Below, in pieces: positions 34,074 to 44,781 of a DNA stretch of 64,000 nt; positions within the stretch are counted from its first letter, which is position 1, and each line of letters opens with the position of its first letter. A program made the translations under genes and the position numbers. The notes below the pieces were generated by a model that was not told the DNA's origin, did not search any database, and saw only the letters and a list, made by a program, of their open reading frames with translations. Source of the DNA: an uncultured Chloroflexia bacterium. GTDB taxonomy: Bacteria; Chloroflexota; Anaerolineae; CG2-30-64-16. Location of the stretch: assembly GCA_963774265.1 (NCBI GenBank), contig CAVZDU010000006.1:128001-192000 (forward strand), read 5' to 3'.

Positions 34074-35129
34074 GTTTTGTCATCAGGCTGGCGAGTATTC
34101 TGGAGAATTTGACCCCGTGCAGGTGCAGCACTTCGGTCATCGGGAGGCCCGGGTCGGGGCCAAAGGCAGTGTTGGGGTTGGCGTCGGTGAAGTAGGGCGT
34201 ACCCGTCGCCGCGTCGATCCGCACGTCGAACTTGGCGTAGTCCCGGCAGCGCAGCACCTCAAAGGCGCGGCGCGCATACCAGGTCACGGCCTCGGCGACG
34301 GCGGGTTCGGCCGCGGTGTAGTGGTAGCAGTCCAGGTCGTCGTAGCTCTCGAAGCTGGTGAAGAGATACTTGCGGCTCTCGCTCTCCTTGAAGACCTTCT
34401 CGGCGCAGAAGATATGCACCTGCTCGCCGTCGTCAAACGCCACCACCGTGATCTCGGGTCCCTCGATAAACTGCTCGACGACCACCGGCATCTTGTAGGT
34501 GCCGATCAGCGCGTCGGCCTGCTCTTGAGCCTCCTCGTAGGTCTCCTTCACGGCCGCGTCGTCGATGCCGACGCTGCCGCCGCCCTCGTTGAGCTTCACG
34601 ATCAGGGGCAGGTCCAGGTCGTCGCGAATCCGCGTCCCGCGCCGGGTGACGAACTGGAAGGGCGGCGTCGGCACGTCGTTGGCGTCGAGCAGCTCCTTGA
34701 CCAGGTTGCGGTCGTTGCCGATCACCAGGCCCCGCATCCCGGCGCCGGTGTAGGGCACGCCGGCCAGCTCGAGCGCGCCGGGAATCGACACCTGCAGCGC
34801 ATCGCTCCCCCGCAGCGTGTCCACCAGGTTCAAGACGAGGTCGGGCTGGTCGACCAGCAGCTTCGCCATGAAATAGCGATCGGCCCGGTACGCCTTGGCT
34901 TTCACCCCCAGCTTCTTGAGGGCCGCAACGACATCCTTCGCGCGCTGCTCCACCTCCACCTCGGCCTGGTAGGCCTCCTGGGTCGGGAACCACTCGCTCT
35001 TGACGTGCGAGTACGCGACCGCCACCAGGCGCAGCTTCTTCAGGCGGCCTTGTCCACCGCGACGCGCGGCGACCGCTTGCCCTCCCGCGGCTTGCGCACC
35101 TTCTCGATCACCGTCACGTCCGTTGTCAT
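34036..35129 (-). CDS. D-Ala-D-Ala-ligase-like ATP-grasp protein (apparent frameshift near 35050)
   Basis: LELAGVPYTG, PLIVKLNEGGGSVGI, VVEQFIEGPEITV, DYAKFDVRID, DANPN; atypical N-terminus. Confidence 0.8.
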
Positions 35130-35308
35130 CACGCCCTGGCCATCCAGACCCGCTTCGGATGCCAGACCCTCACGTTTCAGAAACGCTGCGGCCTGTTTTC
35201 ACTTGAGGTGATCTTAACATAAGTTGAAGGGCTGCGCAACCGAGATGAACGTTTTAAGAGGCGGAAAATCTGCCTCACCTGTCTGTCGCAGCCCAGCCGG
35301 GCTGCCAT

Positions 35309-35360
35309 TTGACGCCCGCACCGCGCGGACCTATACTGACACCGCACCGAATGTCACATT
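35309..35360 (+). promoter_or_regulatory. sigma70 promoter of the glycyl radical enzyme operon with small palindrome
   Basis: TTGACG(35309)-17 nt-TATACT(35332); AATGT-C-ACATT at 35350-35360 just before SD GAGGTG. Confidence 0.65.
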
Positions 35361-35370
35361 GAGGTGACGT

Positions 35371-36169
35371 ATGATCCACCCCCTGCTTGGATCCGCACCC
35401 GGTTTGCTCGCCGCGCTCGCCGGCGAGATGACGCCAAAGTTTGTCGCCACGCGCAGTTCGGACGGCGAACCGAACATCGTCCCCCTGATCTCCCTGCTCC
35501 CGGCGGACGACCAGGGTGATCTGCTCTTTTTCGGCAACTTCCTCCTGCGCAAGACCATCACCAATCTCGAAGCCGACCACCGCGTCGGCATCCTGGTCAT
35601 CACGCCCGAGCTGGTCGGGTGGCGGCTGCGTGGGGAGTTCCTGGAGTTCCGGCGAACAGGTCCCTACGTCGACAGACAGATGAGCAGCTCCCTCCTGCGC
35701 TATAACGCGTACACGGGCGTCCGCAACGCGGGGCTGATCCGCGTCACGCATGTCGACGGGAGCTTCAAAATCCCGAAACTGCGTGTGGTGAGCGATTACG
35801 CACTCGCCCGGCTCGCCGCAATGGGCCAGCCGAAAACCGATGGCCGCGTCCTGCCGCTCCCGGTGCGCAAGGAGTTCAGCCTGCTGCAAGCCGTGAAGGT
35901 GCTGGCATGGGTTGGAGCCGACGGACACCCGACTACGGCGCCAGCGCTTTCGCTGCAACCGGCCGGGGGTGCGCACATGACGGCTTGGCTCGATGCGGCG
36001 CTGCCCGCGCCGCCCCCGGGGCGCGCGCGTGGCAGGCAACGTCCTCACCTTCGACGCGGTGTCCTATCAGCTGAAGGGAACCTGGTCACAACACGGCCGG
36101 GCGGGCCTGTTAGCGGTTACCGAAGCATACGCCGGGGGACCGCCTAATCCGGGCGGCCGCGTCGCCTGA
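35371..36169 (+). CDS. Tandem pyridoxamine 5'-phosphate oxidase-like (split-barrel, flavin-binding) protein, frameshift near 36030
   Basis: KFVATRSSDGEPNIVP...KTITNLEADHRVG; second barrel VKVLAWVGADGHP...SYQLKG; ends EAYAGGPPNPGGRVA*. Confidence 0.7.
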
Positions 36170-36187
36170 AGATAGGGAGGAAGCGCC

Positions 36188-38614
36188 ATGCCAGCATCTC
36201 TCGATCCCTGCGGGGGAGTGAGCGCCGCCCCTCTGGGGCTCACTCCGGGCGACATTTGGCAGCCTGCGGCCAGCCTCACCCCGCGCGTAAGCCGGCTACG
36301 CGACGAATACTGGTCGTTCTACCAACGCGAGGTCCGTAACGAGGCCCGCAGCTATACGACCGGCGCGGCGTGGGATACCGTCTACTCCATCTGGAGCTGG
36401 ACCAATGTCCCCGAGGTCGCGCTCTTTCAGAAAGGGTTCCGGTCCTACCTGCTTGCTGCGGCCACGCCGGTTGCGCTGCCACCCGGCTTCTGGAATGAAC
36501 CGCTGCCCGTGCGCCAGGCCCTCTTCTTCCGTGAGGTCGTCAGCCATCACCTGCCCACGCACATCTTCGACGGTGAGCTCGTGGTGGGCTCGCACTTCTC
36601 GACCGCACTGTCGCGCTGCCTGACCAGGCGTGAGGCGATTGAACGGGATCGACAGGAAGGGGCGTTCCTGAAAGAATGGCGGGTCTTGAACGAGCTGGGC
36701 GTGGGCAACTGCGCCGCCGTTCCCGGTCACCTCATCCCGGATTATCCCAAGGCGCTGCGCATCGGCTGGCAGGGCATCTGCGCCGAAGCGCAGGCCGTGC
36801 TGGAAGCGCGTGCCAGCACGCCGGAGCAGCGCGTGCTGGCACGCGCGATCGTGATCTCCTCGGACGCAGTCCGGCTGTACGGCGAGCGCTACGCGTTGGA
36901 GGCCGAACGGCGGGCAGCTGCGGAACCGGACGCGGGGCGTCGCGCGGAGCTCACGAAAATCGCGGCTACTTGCCGTAAAGTCCCCTGGCAGCCACCGGAA
37001 ACCTTCCCCGAGGCGCTGCAGGCGCTGTGGACCACACACCTACTGCTGATGGCTGCCGAGAGTTACCCCGGCCCCGGCGTCTCTCCTGGCCGGGTCGATC
37101 AATACCTCTATCCTTACTTCGCGGCCAGCATGAGCGCCGGAGGGTCGCGTGACACTCTCAAGGAGTGGCTCGAATGCTGGATGATCAAGCACAACTATGC
37201 CTATGACTACCAGGGATGGACGGGAACGAACCAGGGAATCAACTCCTCCTTCGGCCAGCTCATCACGCTTGGCGGCATGTTGGCCGATGGCAGCGATGCG
37301 TCCAACGACCTGACCTACCTATTCCTCGAGGCGATCGAGGAGCTCGCGTTACTGGAGCCGAAGCCCAATGTCCGGATGCACGCGGGCACGCCCGACCGTC
37401 TGCTGGCGCGCCTGGTCGAGATGCTGTCGCGCTCACAAGGTGCGCCGTTCCTGATCAACTTCGATGAAGCTTCGATGGCCGGTTTGCGCTGGGAGGGCAT
37501 CCCCGAGGAGAAATTGTGGGACTATGCGCCAGTCGGCTGCCTGGAGAACACGCTGCAGGGCTGCGACCGGTCGGGCACGGTCGATGTCAACCTGAATCTC
37601 GCCAAGGCGGTGGAGCTGGCGCTCAATGATGGCTGCGATCTGGCGACGGGCAGGCAGATCGGACCCAGAACCGGAGACCCACGTGCCTTCACCGCGTATG
37701 AGCAATTCGAAGGAGCCTTCAAGACCCAGCTAAACCACCTGCTCGAGTGGATGGTGCGGGTGAACAACCTGGCCGACGCAGGACGTGCCCGCTGGGAGCC
37801 TGTACCTTACCTGAGCGCGCTGGTGGATGGCTGTCTCGAAAGCGGCCAGGACGCCAACGCAGGCGGCGCTAAGTATAATTTCCTGACCATCGAAGGGATC
37901 GCCCTGGCGACCGTGGCCGACAGCCTCGCAGCGGTCAAGAAGCTCGTGTTTGAGGAGCGAAGCGTCTCGATGGCGCAACTGCTGGCGGCATTGGCCGCGA
38001 ACTTCGAGGGTCATGAGCCGCTGCGCCAGACGCTGCTGCACAAAGCGCCGAAGTACGGCAATGACGATCCTTACGCGGATGGAATTGCGGCGAACATCAG
38101 CCGGTTCTGGAACGAGGCGGCCTTCCGCCACGTGTCGTCCACCGGCAAGCGCTATCGGGCCGGCTATTTATCCTGGAACTACTGGATCGCCTACGCGCCT
38201 GCGACCGCAGCCACGCCCGATGGCCGGCGCCGGGGGCAGTATCTATCCAATGCAGTCTGCCCGGTCAACGGCGCGGACCGCCGCGGCCCGACGTCGGTGA
38301 TCAAGAGCGTGGGGCATCTCGGGTTGGCATCCGCGCCAAACGGGGCAAGTCACACCATGAGCTTCAGCCCCTCCCTCCTGCGCAGCCTTGAGGGCCAGCA
38401 GAAGCTGATGGGCCTCCTGCGCGCCTACGACCGCGTCGGCGGCACGTGTCTCCAGGTCAATGTGATCGATGCTGCCACGCTGCATGAGGCGCAGAAGCGG
38501 CCCGATGAGTATCGCAACCTGCTAGTCCGGGTGACGGGGTACAACGCGTACTTCACCGGCCTGGGCAAGGAAATCCAGGACGAGATCGTCGCGCGCGAGA
38601 GTCACCGGCTCTAG
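36188..38614 (+). CDS. Glycyl radical enzyme (non-PFL, single-Cys), substrate unknown
   Basis: SPGRVDQYLYPY, Cys loop PVGCLE, APKYGNDD, ATPDGR, Gly loop NLLVRVTGYNAYF; intact 808 aa. Confidence 0.93.
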   Translation: MPASLDPCGGVSAAPLGLTPGDIWQPAASLTPRVSRLRDEYWSFYQREVRNEARSYTTGAAWDTVYSIWSWTNVPEVALFQKGFRSYLLAAATPVALPPGFWNEPLPVRQALFFREVVSHHLPTHIFDGELVVGSHFSTALSRCLTRREAIERDRQEGAFLKEWRVLNELGVGNCAAVPGHLIPDYPKALRIGWQGICAEAQAVLEARASTPEQRVLARAIVISSDAVRLYGERYALEAERRAAAEPDAGRRAELTKIAATCRKVPWQPPETFPEALQALWTTHLLLMAAESYPGPGVSPGRVDQYLYPYFAASMSAGGSRDTLKEWLECWMIKHNYAYDYQGWTGTNQGINSSFGQLITLGGMLADGSDASNDLTYLFLEAIEELALLEPKPNVRMHAGTPDRLLARLVEMLSRSQGAPFLINFDEASMAGLRWEGIPEEKLWDYAPVGCLENTLQGCDRSGTVDVNLNLAKAVELALNDGCDLATGRQIGPRTGDPRAFTAYEQFEGAFKTQLNHLLEWMVRVNNLADAGRARWEPVPYLSALVDGCLESGQDANAGGAKYNFLTIEGIALATVADSLAAVKKLVFEERSVSMAQLLAALAANFEGHEPLRQTLLHKAPKYGNDDPYADGIAANISRFWNEAAFRHVSSTGKRYRAGYLSWNYWIAYAPATAATPDGRRRGQYLSNAVCPVNGADRRGPTSVIKSVGHLGLASAPNGASHTMSFSPSLLRSLEGQQKLMGLLRAYDRVGGTCLQVNVIDAATLHEAQKRPDEYRNLLVRVTGYNAYFTGLGKEIQDEIVARESHRL

Positions 38615-38623
38615 CGACCTACC

Positions 38624-39530
38624 ATGCCGACCGCGACCACTTTCAACATCCAGGGCTTCTCAACGGAAGATGGCCCCGGCATTCGCACGACGGTCTTCTT
38701 CAAAGGGTGCGGCTTGCGTTGCGCGTGGTGCCACAACCCGGAAGGCCTCCGCGCCGGCCCGGACGTCGTCTGGCACGACGTCCGCTGCATCGCCGCGCGG
38801 GAGTGCCTGGCTGTCTGCCCCGAGGACTCGCTGCGACTGACGACCGAGGGGATGCAAATCGACCGCGGGCGGTGCACCGCGTGCGGCCGTTCGCGCGGAC
38901 GCTTGCCCCGCTGCCGCGCTCGAGGTCATCGGCCGGACCTGGACCGCGGATGAGCTTCTGGCCGAGGTGCTCAAAGACGCGGTCTTCTACGAAACCTCGG
39001 GCGGCGGCCTGACGTTGAGCGGGGGCGAGCCGATGCTACAGGCAGGGTTCCTTCGCGACTTTCTCCCGGCCTGCAAGGCTGCCGGTCTCCACGTCAGCCT
39101 GGACACTTGCGGCGCGGTCGCTTGGGAACAATATCAGTCCATCCTGCCCTTCGTAGACCTGGTTCTGCTGGATCTGAAGATCCTGGATTGCGACCGCCAC
39201 CGCGCGGCGACGGGTGTGTCAAACGAGTTGATCGTGGCAAATGCGCGGCACATCAGCCAGGCGGGCATGCCGATGTGGATCAGAACGCCCGTCATCCCCG
39301 GTTACACGGACGACCCGGACAACATCACGGCGATCGGCGGCTTCATCCGGGACGCGCTGCCCACCGTCGAACGCTGGGACCTGCTGGCCTACACCAACCT
39401 CGGCCGGCCGAAGTACCACCGGCTTGGGCTGCCTTACGCGCTCGAGGAGGCGCCACTGCCGACCGCAGCCGCGATGGCAGTATGCCATGCGCTCGGCCTG
39501 GCCATGACGCCTGTGGCGCGCTGGAAATAG
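38624..39530 (+). CDS. Glycyl radical enzyme activating enzyme (radical SAM with ferredoxin insert), frameshift near 38890
   Basis: DGPGIRTTVFFKGCGLRCAWCHNPEG, extra Cys motifs, GGLTLSGGEP, LDTCG, IRTPVIPG. Confidence 0.93.
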
Positions 39531-39624
39531 AGCTACCGCAACACAATGTGGTCGTTCTTGGAAGGCGATGCGAGACCAGTTCTCAATAGGCTGCGCCTCA
39601 ACCAATGCGACCGCGACCGCCGGG

Positions 39625-40964
39625 TTACGCCACGCACAGCGTTTCGATGATATCGCGGGTGATTTTGATGGCCGTCACCAGGTTCTCGCCCGAGATGCGC
39701 TCGTCGACGCCATGCACACGGCCCAGGTCGGCTCGCTCCATGAGCACCGGCGCGAAGCCGTATGCCGCATAGCCGCGTTGGCGCCAGTAGCGGCCATCGG
39801 TGGCCCCGGGCACCAGCATCGGGAAGATGTCCGCGGCCGGCAGATGCCTGCGCACGCCGGCCGTGACCGCGTCGAAGAACGGCCCGTTTAGCGGCGCGCT
39901 CCCGACGGGGGCGAGCTCTCCGTCACCTCGACCGAGATCCGCTCATCGGCCAGACGCGCTTTCAGCCAGCCGCGAAATTCTTCGGCGTCGGTGTCCGGCA
40001 GCAGGCGGCAGTCGATCTCGGCCTCGGCGCGCTCCGGGATGACATTGACCTTATAGCCCGCGGCCAGCATCGTCAGGCTGACAGTGTCGCGCAGCATGGC
40101 GTTGAGCGACGCATCGGCCTGCAGCTGCCGGGCAGCCAGGCGCAGCGCCAGCGGGTTGTCCAACCGCGACAGCAGCGCCGAGGCGGGGAACTTCTGTGTG
40201 GCCGCGATGGTGCGGAACATCGTCGCCGTGATGGCGTTGACGCGCAGCGGCCGCGGCGTCGCCAACACCCGTTCCAACGCGTGCAGCAGCGTTACGTTGG
40301 CGTTATCGCTGTGCGGCATCGAAGCATGACCGGGCTTGCCCTGTGCGATCAGCTTCAGTTGTTGGATCTGCTTCTCGGCCACGGTCAGGCCGAACATGAC
40401 ACCCGGCCCAAACATATCCTTGAACCCGCCGCCGCCCTCATCCCACACCCATTCGGGGTCAAGATTGGCCCCATGTTGCTCGACAAGCCAGCGCATACCG
40501 TGCGTGCCGCCCGTCTCCTCGTCGGGCACGGCCGAGAAAACGATCGGTCGCCGGAAGCGAGCGCCCGCCCTGACAAGCGACTCCAGGCTGAGCAGGAAGA
40601 TGACGCCCAGGTTCTTGGTGTCTAGCGTGCCGCGGCCCCACACGAAGCCGTCCGTGATGGCGCCGCCGAACGGTGGGTGCGTCCAGGCGGCCGGGTCGGC
40701 GGCGACCACGTCCATATGGTGGTTCACCAGTAACGGCTTGAGCGCCGCGCTGCCGGGGATGCGCGCCAGCACCAGTCCGCGGCCGGTCACTGGTTCGTGC
40801 ACGGTAACGTCATGCGTGATACCGCGGGTGCGCAGTTGATCGGCCAGCCAGTGCGCCGCGTTCAGCTCGTCGCCCGGCGGGTTAGTGGTGTTGAATTGAA
40901 CGTAGCGGCTCAGGGTCGCCATTGCATCGCGGGCGATGGAGTCCCAGTCTGGGGTGGGTGTCAT
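39625..40964 (-). CDS. M20/M25/M40 family metallopeptidase, frameshift near 39900
   Basis: HHMDVV, WGRGTLDTK, PDEETGG, GHAS, GATDGRY, VHGVDER. Confidence 0.9.
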
Positions 40965-40971
40965 GGCACTA

Positions 40972-41409
40972 TTACTCCTCAGGATGTTGCGTGAAAAGAT
41001 CACGCACCAGCAGCGCCCCACCCACGCCGAGTGCGATCACGGCCCCATCATAGATCGCCAGCAAGGCCACCACCAGAACCCAGGGCAATCCTGCCGCCGG
41101 CGTCGCGCCGGATGCGAGGCCCGTGACGACGGCCAGGCCCTGGCTGAGGATGAGGGAAGCCACGGCCACTGCGAAGCTCCACCCGATGTAGCGTCTGCGC
41201 CGGTCGGCGCGCCGCGCGGCGTAGGTGAGCAGCCCACCACCAACGATGATGAGGGGAAACAGTTCGCCGGGGATCAGGTAATCCATTCTGAAAGAACCCG
41301 CACGACTGGACCCTATCGCCGACGTCACCAGCATCAGGGCGATGGGCGACAATACGGCGATCGTTCCGAGCAGGGCGAGGACGCGCGTGAGAGGGCTTCG
41401 CTGGTTCAC
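40972..41409 (-). CDS. Hypothetical 4-TM membrane protein
   Basis: SD GGAGGTGG and GTG start at 41409; four hydrophobic segments; minus-strand TTGAGA-17-TATACT at 41428-41456. Confidence 0.65.
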   Translation of the reverse strand: MNQRSPLTRVLALLGTIAVLSPIALMLVTSAIGSSRAGSFRMDYLIPGELFPLIIVGGGLLTYAARRADRRRRYIGWSFAVAVASLILSQGLAVVTGLASGATPAAGLPWVLVVALLAIYDGAVIALGVGGALLVRDLFTQHPEE

Positions 41410-41630
41410 TGTCCACCTCCGCAAGCCAGTATAGTCGAGTTTGTCCAACCTCTCAAGCAGATCGCGATTCATCTCGACACCCCTGGCGTGAGCGCCGTGA
41501 CGGCGCACATCGCAGCGGCCAACAAACCGGTGGTCGGCCTGGGCGAGGGCGGCTACGCCTACTGATGTGCCGCCGGTGCACCTGCCCGAGACCAAGCGCT
41601 GGATGGAGCGCGATGGCAGATTCGACAACT

Positions 41631-41686
41631 CCATTGAACCGGGTTGGGGCCGCGACCGCCCGCCGTAACCCGTTTCAACGGGGTTT
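41631..41686. repeat. REP-like inverted repeat (AACCCGTTTCAACGG type)
   Basis: ccattgaaccgggtt (41631-41645) vs aacccgtttcaacgg (41668-41682), 13/15 complementary. Confidence 0.6.
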
Positions 41687-41736
41687 GGCATGCCAGATGC
41701 CGGATCGCGCAGAGAAGGGTGACTGTGTAGTGGACG

Positions 41737-42517
41737 CTACCGGCTCTGGTCGGCGGTCTTCCACCACAGATATGTCCCGATCATCCCTGCCAGTCCGGTC
41801 AGAACGGCAATCGGAATAGCTGATCGGCGCCAGGTGGCCTTTGCCCTGGCTATAGAGGCCCGGAACGGCCCAGGGGAAGTAGGCGCCCCACCCGATGACC
41901 ACCACCAGATTCGCCATGATCAGGGCGAGAATGGCGACGCCGATGGGCAGCAGGTAGCCCCGTCCCACGCTGGCGAAAAACGCAAAAGGCATGACGACTA
42001 CGATCGTCAGGCCGGCCGTCGCCGCCACCAGCGCGCTGCCTTGCAGCAGGACGCCAGGCGCGCCCTGCGGGAGCCCGATGAGCGCGCCTGTCACAAGAGA
42101 GGCGATCAACATCACGGCGGCGAGCGCGGCAGACCAGATGCCGGCCACGATGAATTTGGCCAGGAGGATGCTTGCGCGCTGGACCGGCACGGCAAGCATG
42201 TCTTTCAGCGTGCCATCGGAGAATTCGCGGCCGAACACCCAGGAGATGATGAAGCAGAAGACAAAGAACCCGCCGGCAGCGACTATCTGGGCCGTCAATC
42301 CGAGGTAGCCTGGCCAGCTGGTCGTCGCATAGGCCACCAGGTTGGCCTTGGCGCTGACCAGGCCCAGCTTTCGGGAAATCTCGGGGTTCGTCGCGAGGAA
42401 GATCAAGAAGGCGATGCCCAGGGGCATGAACAGCGACCCCACGACCGTAAACACAGGCATCCTGGAGCGCAGCGCTTTGCGCATCTCGATCCAGATCATG
42501 TTTGAGAGATCGTTCAT
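41737..42517 (-). CDS. ABC-2 type permease (BcrB/LanE-like), frameshift near 3' end
   Basis: WVFGREFSDGTLKDMLAVPV, six hydrophobic segments, YFPWAVP. Confidence 0.8.
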
Positions 42518-43437
42518 CCTGCGCCGCCGTTCTCTCCCACGAGCCTGAGGAAATACTGCTCCAGTTCCTCTTCCTCCACCACCAGGTGGGTCGGCGGAAC
42601 CCCGGCGCCGGCCAGCAGGCCGGCGATGTCGTCAGGGTGTGCGACGGCCGCCGCGCTCCTGAGCTCGATCGACCCGTCCGGCAGAATGTCAGCCGGCTGC
42701 CCTGCGGTGGTCAGCGCCCTGTGGGCAGCCTCGATATCCCGCGCCCGCACCAACAGCCGCCGCCGGCGATCCCGCTCCAGCTCGTCGACGTCCAGCTCCT
42801 GCAGCAGGCGGCCCGCGTGGATGATCCCGATGCGCTGGGCCAGGCGCGCCACCTCCGCCAGGATATGGCTCGACATGAAGACCGTCACGCCCTGTTCGCG
42901 GGTCAGCTCGAGCAGCAGGCCGCGGATCTCGACGATCCCGGCCGGATCCAGGCCGTTGGCCGGCTCGTCCAGCAGAAGCAGCCTGGGCTCATGCAGCAGC
43001 GCCTTGGCCAGCCCCAACCGCTGCGCGTTGCCCTGGGAAAGCGTGCCTGCCCGCCGGTCGGCATCTGCTGCCAGCCCCAGGCGCTCGATGAACCGGCTCA
43101 CGGCCCGAGCCGGCGTACCGGGATGCAGACGCCGCGCCACCTCCAGGTTCTCGCGCACCGTCAGCTCGGGATAACTGTGCGGCATCTCCACCAGATAGCC
43201 GACCGAGGCCCACGGCTCGGGGCTGCCCATGCGGACCCTGGTTCCCAGCACGAGTGCGCATCCCGCGCTGGGCTTGATCATCCCCAGCAACATACGGATG
43301 GTCGTCGTCTTCCCTGCGCCGTTCAGGCCGAGAAATGCATAGATCTCTCCCTCGGCAACACGCAGGGAGAGATGCTCGACCGCAATTACGTCACCGTATC
43401 GTTTCGCGAGATTCTCTGTTTCAACCGCCAGATTCAT
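42514..43437 (-). CDS. ABC transporter ATPase (BcrA/LanF-like)
   Basis: GLNGAGKTT, LVEMP (E-loop), LSQGNAQRLGLAKAL, DEPANGLDP. Confidence 0.88.
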   Translation of the reverse strand: MNLAVETENLAKRYGDVIAVEHLSLRVAEGEIYAFLGLNGAGKTTTIRMLLGMIKPSAGCALVLGTRVRMGSPEPWASVGYLVEMPHSYPELTVRENLEVARRLHPGTPARAVSRFIERLGLAADADRRAGTLSQGNAQRLGLAKALLHEPRLLLLDEPANGLDPAGIVEIRGLLLELTREQGVTVFMSSHILAEVARLAQRIGIIHAGRLLQELDVDELERDRRRRLLVRARDIEAAHRALTTAGQPADILPDGSIELRSAAAVAHPDDIAGLLAGAGVPPTHLVVEEEELEQYFLRLVGENGGAG

Positions 43438-43605
43438 CGTGAAAGATCCTTCTTCCTGGCTTGCCGGACGTCTGCCGTCATATGATGGCACGATCATATC
43501 ACGATTGATCGTGCAGTCCAGTGCGCGTAACCCGTAGCAACCCGTCACCGGTCTGCTGCGTAGAATAATACGGAAAAGTATAGCCGATGGAGGCAGGAGG
43601 CGACG

Positions 43606-44781
43606 ATGTTGGGGAGCCAGTCTCGCAAGAACGGTTTGAGCAATGGCAAATCCGGCGGCCACTATCGTCATGGCAACGATCATCTGATCGAGCTACACGA
43701 CGTGGTCAAGACATACCGGAGCGCGGCCGGAGAGTTCACCGCGCTCAAGGACATCGACCTGGAAGTGGACCACGGGGAATTCGTCGCGGTCATCGGCAAG
43801 TCGGGAAGCGGCAAGTCCACGCTGGTCAACATGATCACCGGGATCGACCGGCCCACGTCGGGCGAGATCCTGATCGGGGATGCGGCCATCCAGACGCTCA
43901 AAGAGGGCAAGCTGGCCGAGTGGCGCGGCCGCAATGTCGGGATCATCTTCCAGTTCTTCCAATTGCTGCCCACCCTCACCGTCGCCGAAAATGTCATGCT
44001 GCCCATGGACTTCTGCCACATGTACTCGATGCGCGAGCGGCGGGAGCGGGCGATGGATCTGCTGGAGCAGGTTGGCGTGGCCGACCAGGCGGACAAGCTG
44101 CCATCGGCCCTGTCGGGCGGCCAGCAACAGCGCGTCGCGATCGCCCGCGCCCTGGCCAACGATCCGCCCATCCTTGCGGCCGACGAGCCCACCGGCAACC
44201 TCGACTCCAAGACAGCCGAATCGGTCTTCAGCCTGTTCGAAACGCTGGTGGCGCAGGGAAAGACGATCCTGATGGTGACTCACGACCGCGACCTGGCCCG
44301 CCGGGCCACGCGCACCGTCATCCTTTCCGACGGCGCAGTCATCGAGGAATACGTGGCCAAGACCTTCCCGACCTTGAACGAGGCACAGTTGATTGAGGCG
44401 ACGCGGAACCTTGAGCCGCAGAAGCACGCACCGGGCGCGGTGATCCTCAAGCAGGGCTCGTCGCCGGAGAAGTTCTATCTCATCACGCGAGGCCGGGTGG
44501 AGGTGGTCCTGCCCGGAGCTGAGGGGCAGGAGATTGTCGCCGCAACCATGGTCCAGGGCCAGTATTTCGGTGAGATCGAGCTGCGGCGCGGCGGCAGCAA
44601 TATCGCCACCATCCGCGCCGACCCAGTGATGGGTGTCGAGGTAGCGGCGCTCGACCGGGCTACATTCGAGCGCCTGCTTGTCGAGTCGGCAGCCATCCGG
44701 GAAGCCATCGACCACACGGTCGAGGAGCGAGTGGCCGAAAACGTAGCCACTCGCAATCATGGGGAGAACGGCAATGCTTAG
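43606..44781 (+). CDS. LolD/MacB-type ABC ATPase fused to C-terminal cyclic-nucleotide-binding domain
   Basis: [32 protein letters not shown]; C-terminal [17 protein letters not shown]...GQYFGEI...ATIRA. Confidence 0.88.
   Translation: MLGSQSRKNGLSNGKSGGHYRHGNDHLIELHDVVKTYRSAAGEFTALKDIDLEVDHGEFVAVIGKSGSGKSTLVNMITGIDRPTSGEILIGDAAIQTLKEGKLAEWRGRNVGIIFQFFQLLPTLTVAENVMLPMDFCHMYSMRERRERAMDLLEQVGVADQADKLPSALSGGQQQRVAIARALANDPPILAADEPTGNLDSKTAESVFSLFETLVAQGKTILMVTHDRDLARRATRTVILSDGAVIEEYVAKTFPTLNEAQLIEATRNLEPQKHAPGAVILKQGSSPEKFYLITRGRVEVVLPGAEGQEIVAATMVQGQYFGEIELRRGGSNIATIRADPVMGVEVAALDRATFERLLVESAAIREAIDHTVEERVAENVATRNHGENGNA

Noticed and set aside
34036-35129. Calling the ATP-grasp gene ddl/van and linking it to alr
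   Set aside because: Canonical Ddl N-terminal motifs are missing and alr is about 10 kb away in another operon.
36188-38614. Naming the GRE pflB, cutC, hypD or bssA/assA
   Set aside because: No Cys-Cys pair, no diagnostic partner genes, and a divergent sequence around the active-site loops.
41461-41630. Possible gene remnant between the membrane protein gene and the ABC permease
   Set aside because: No recognisable protein motif in the frames I read.
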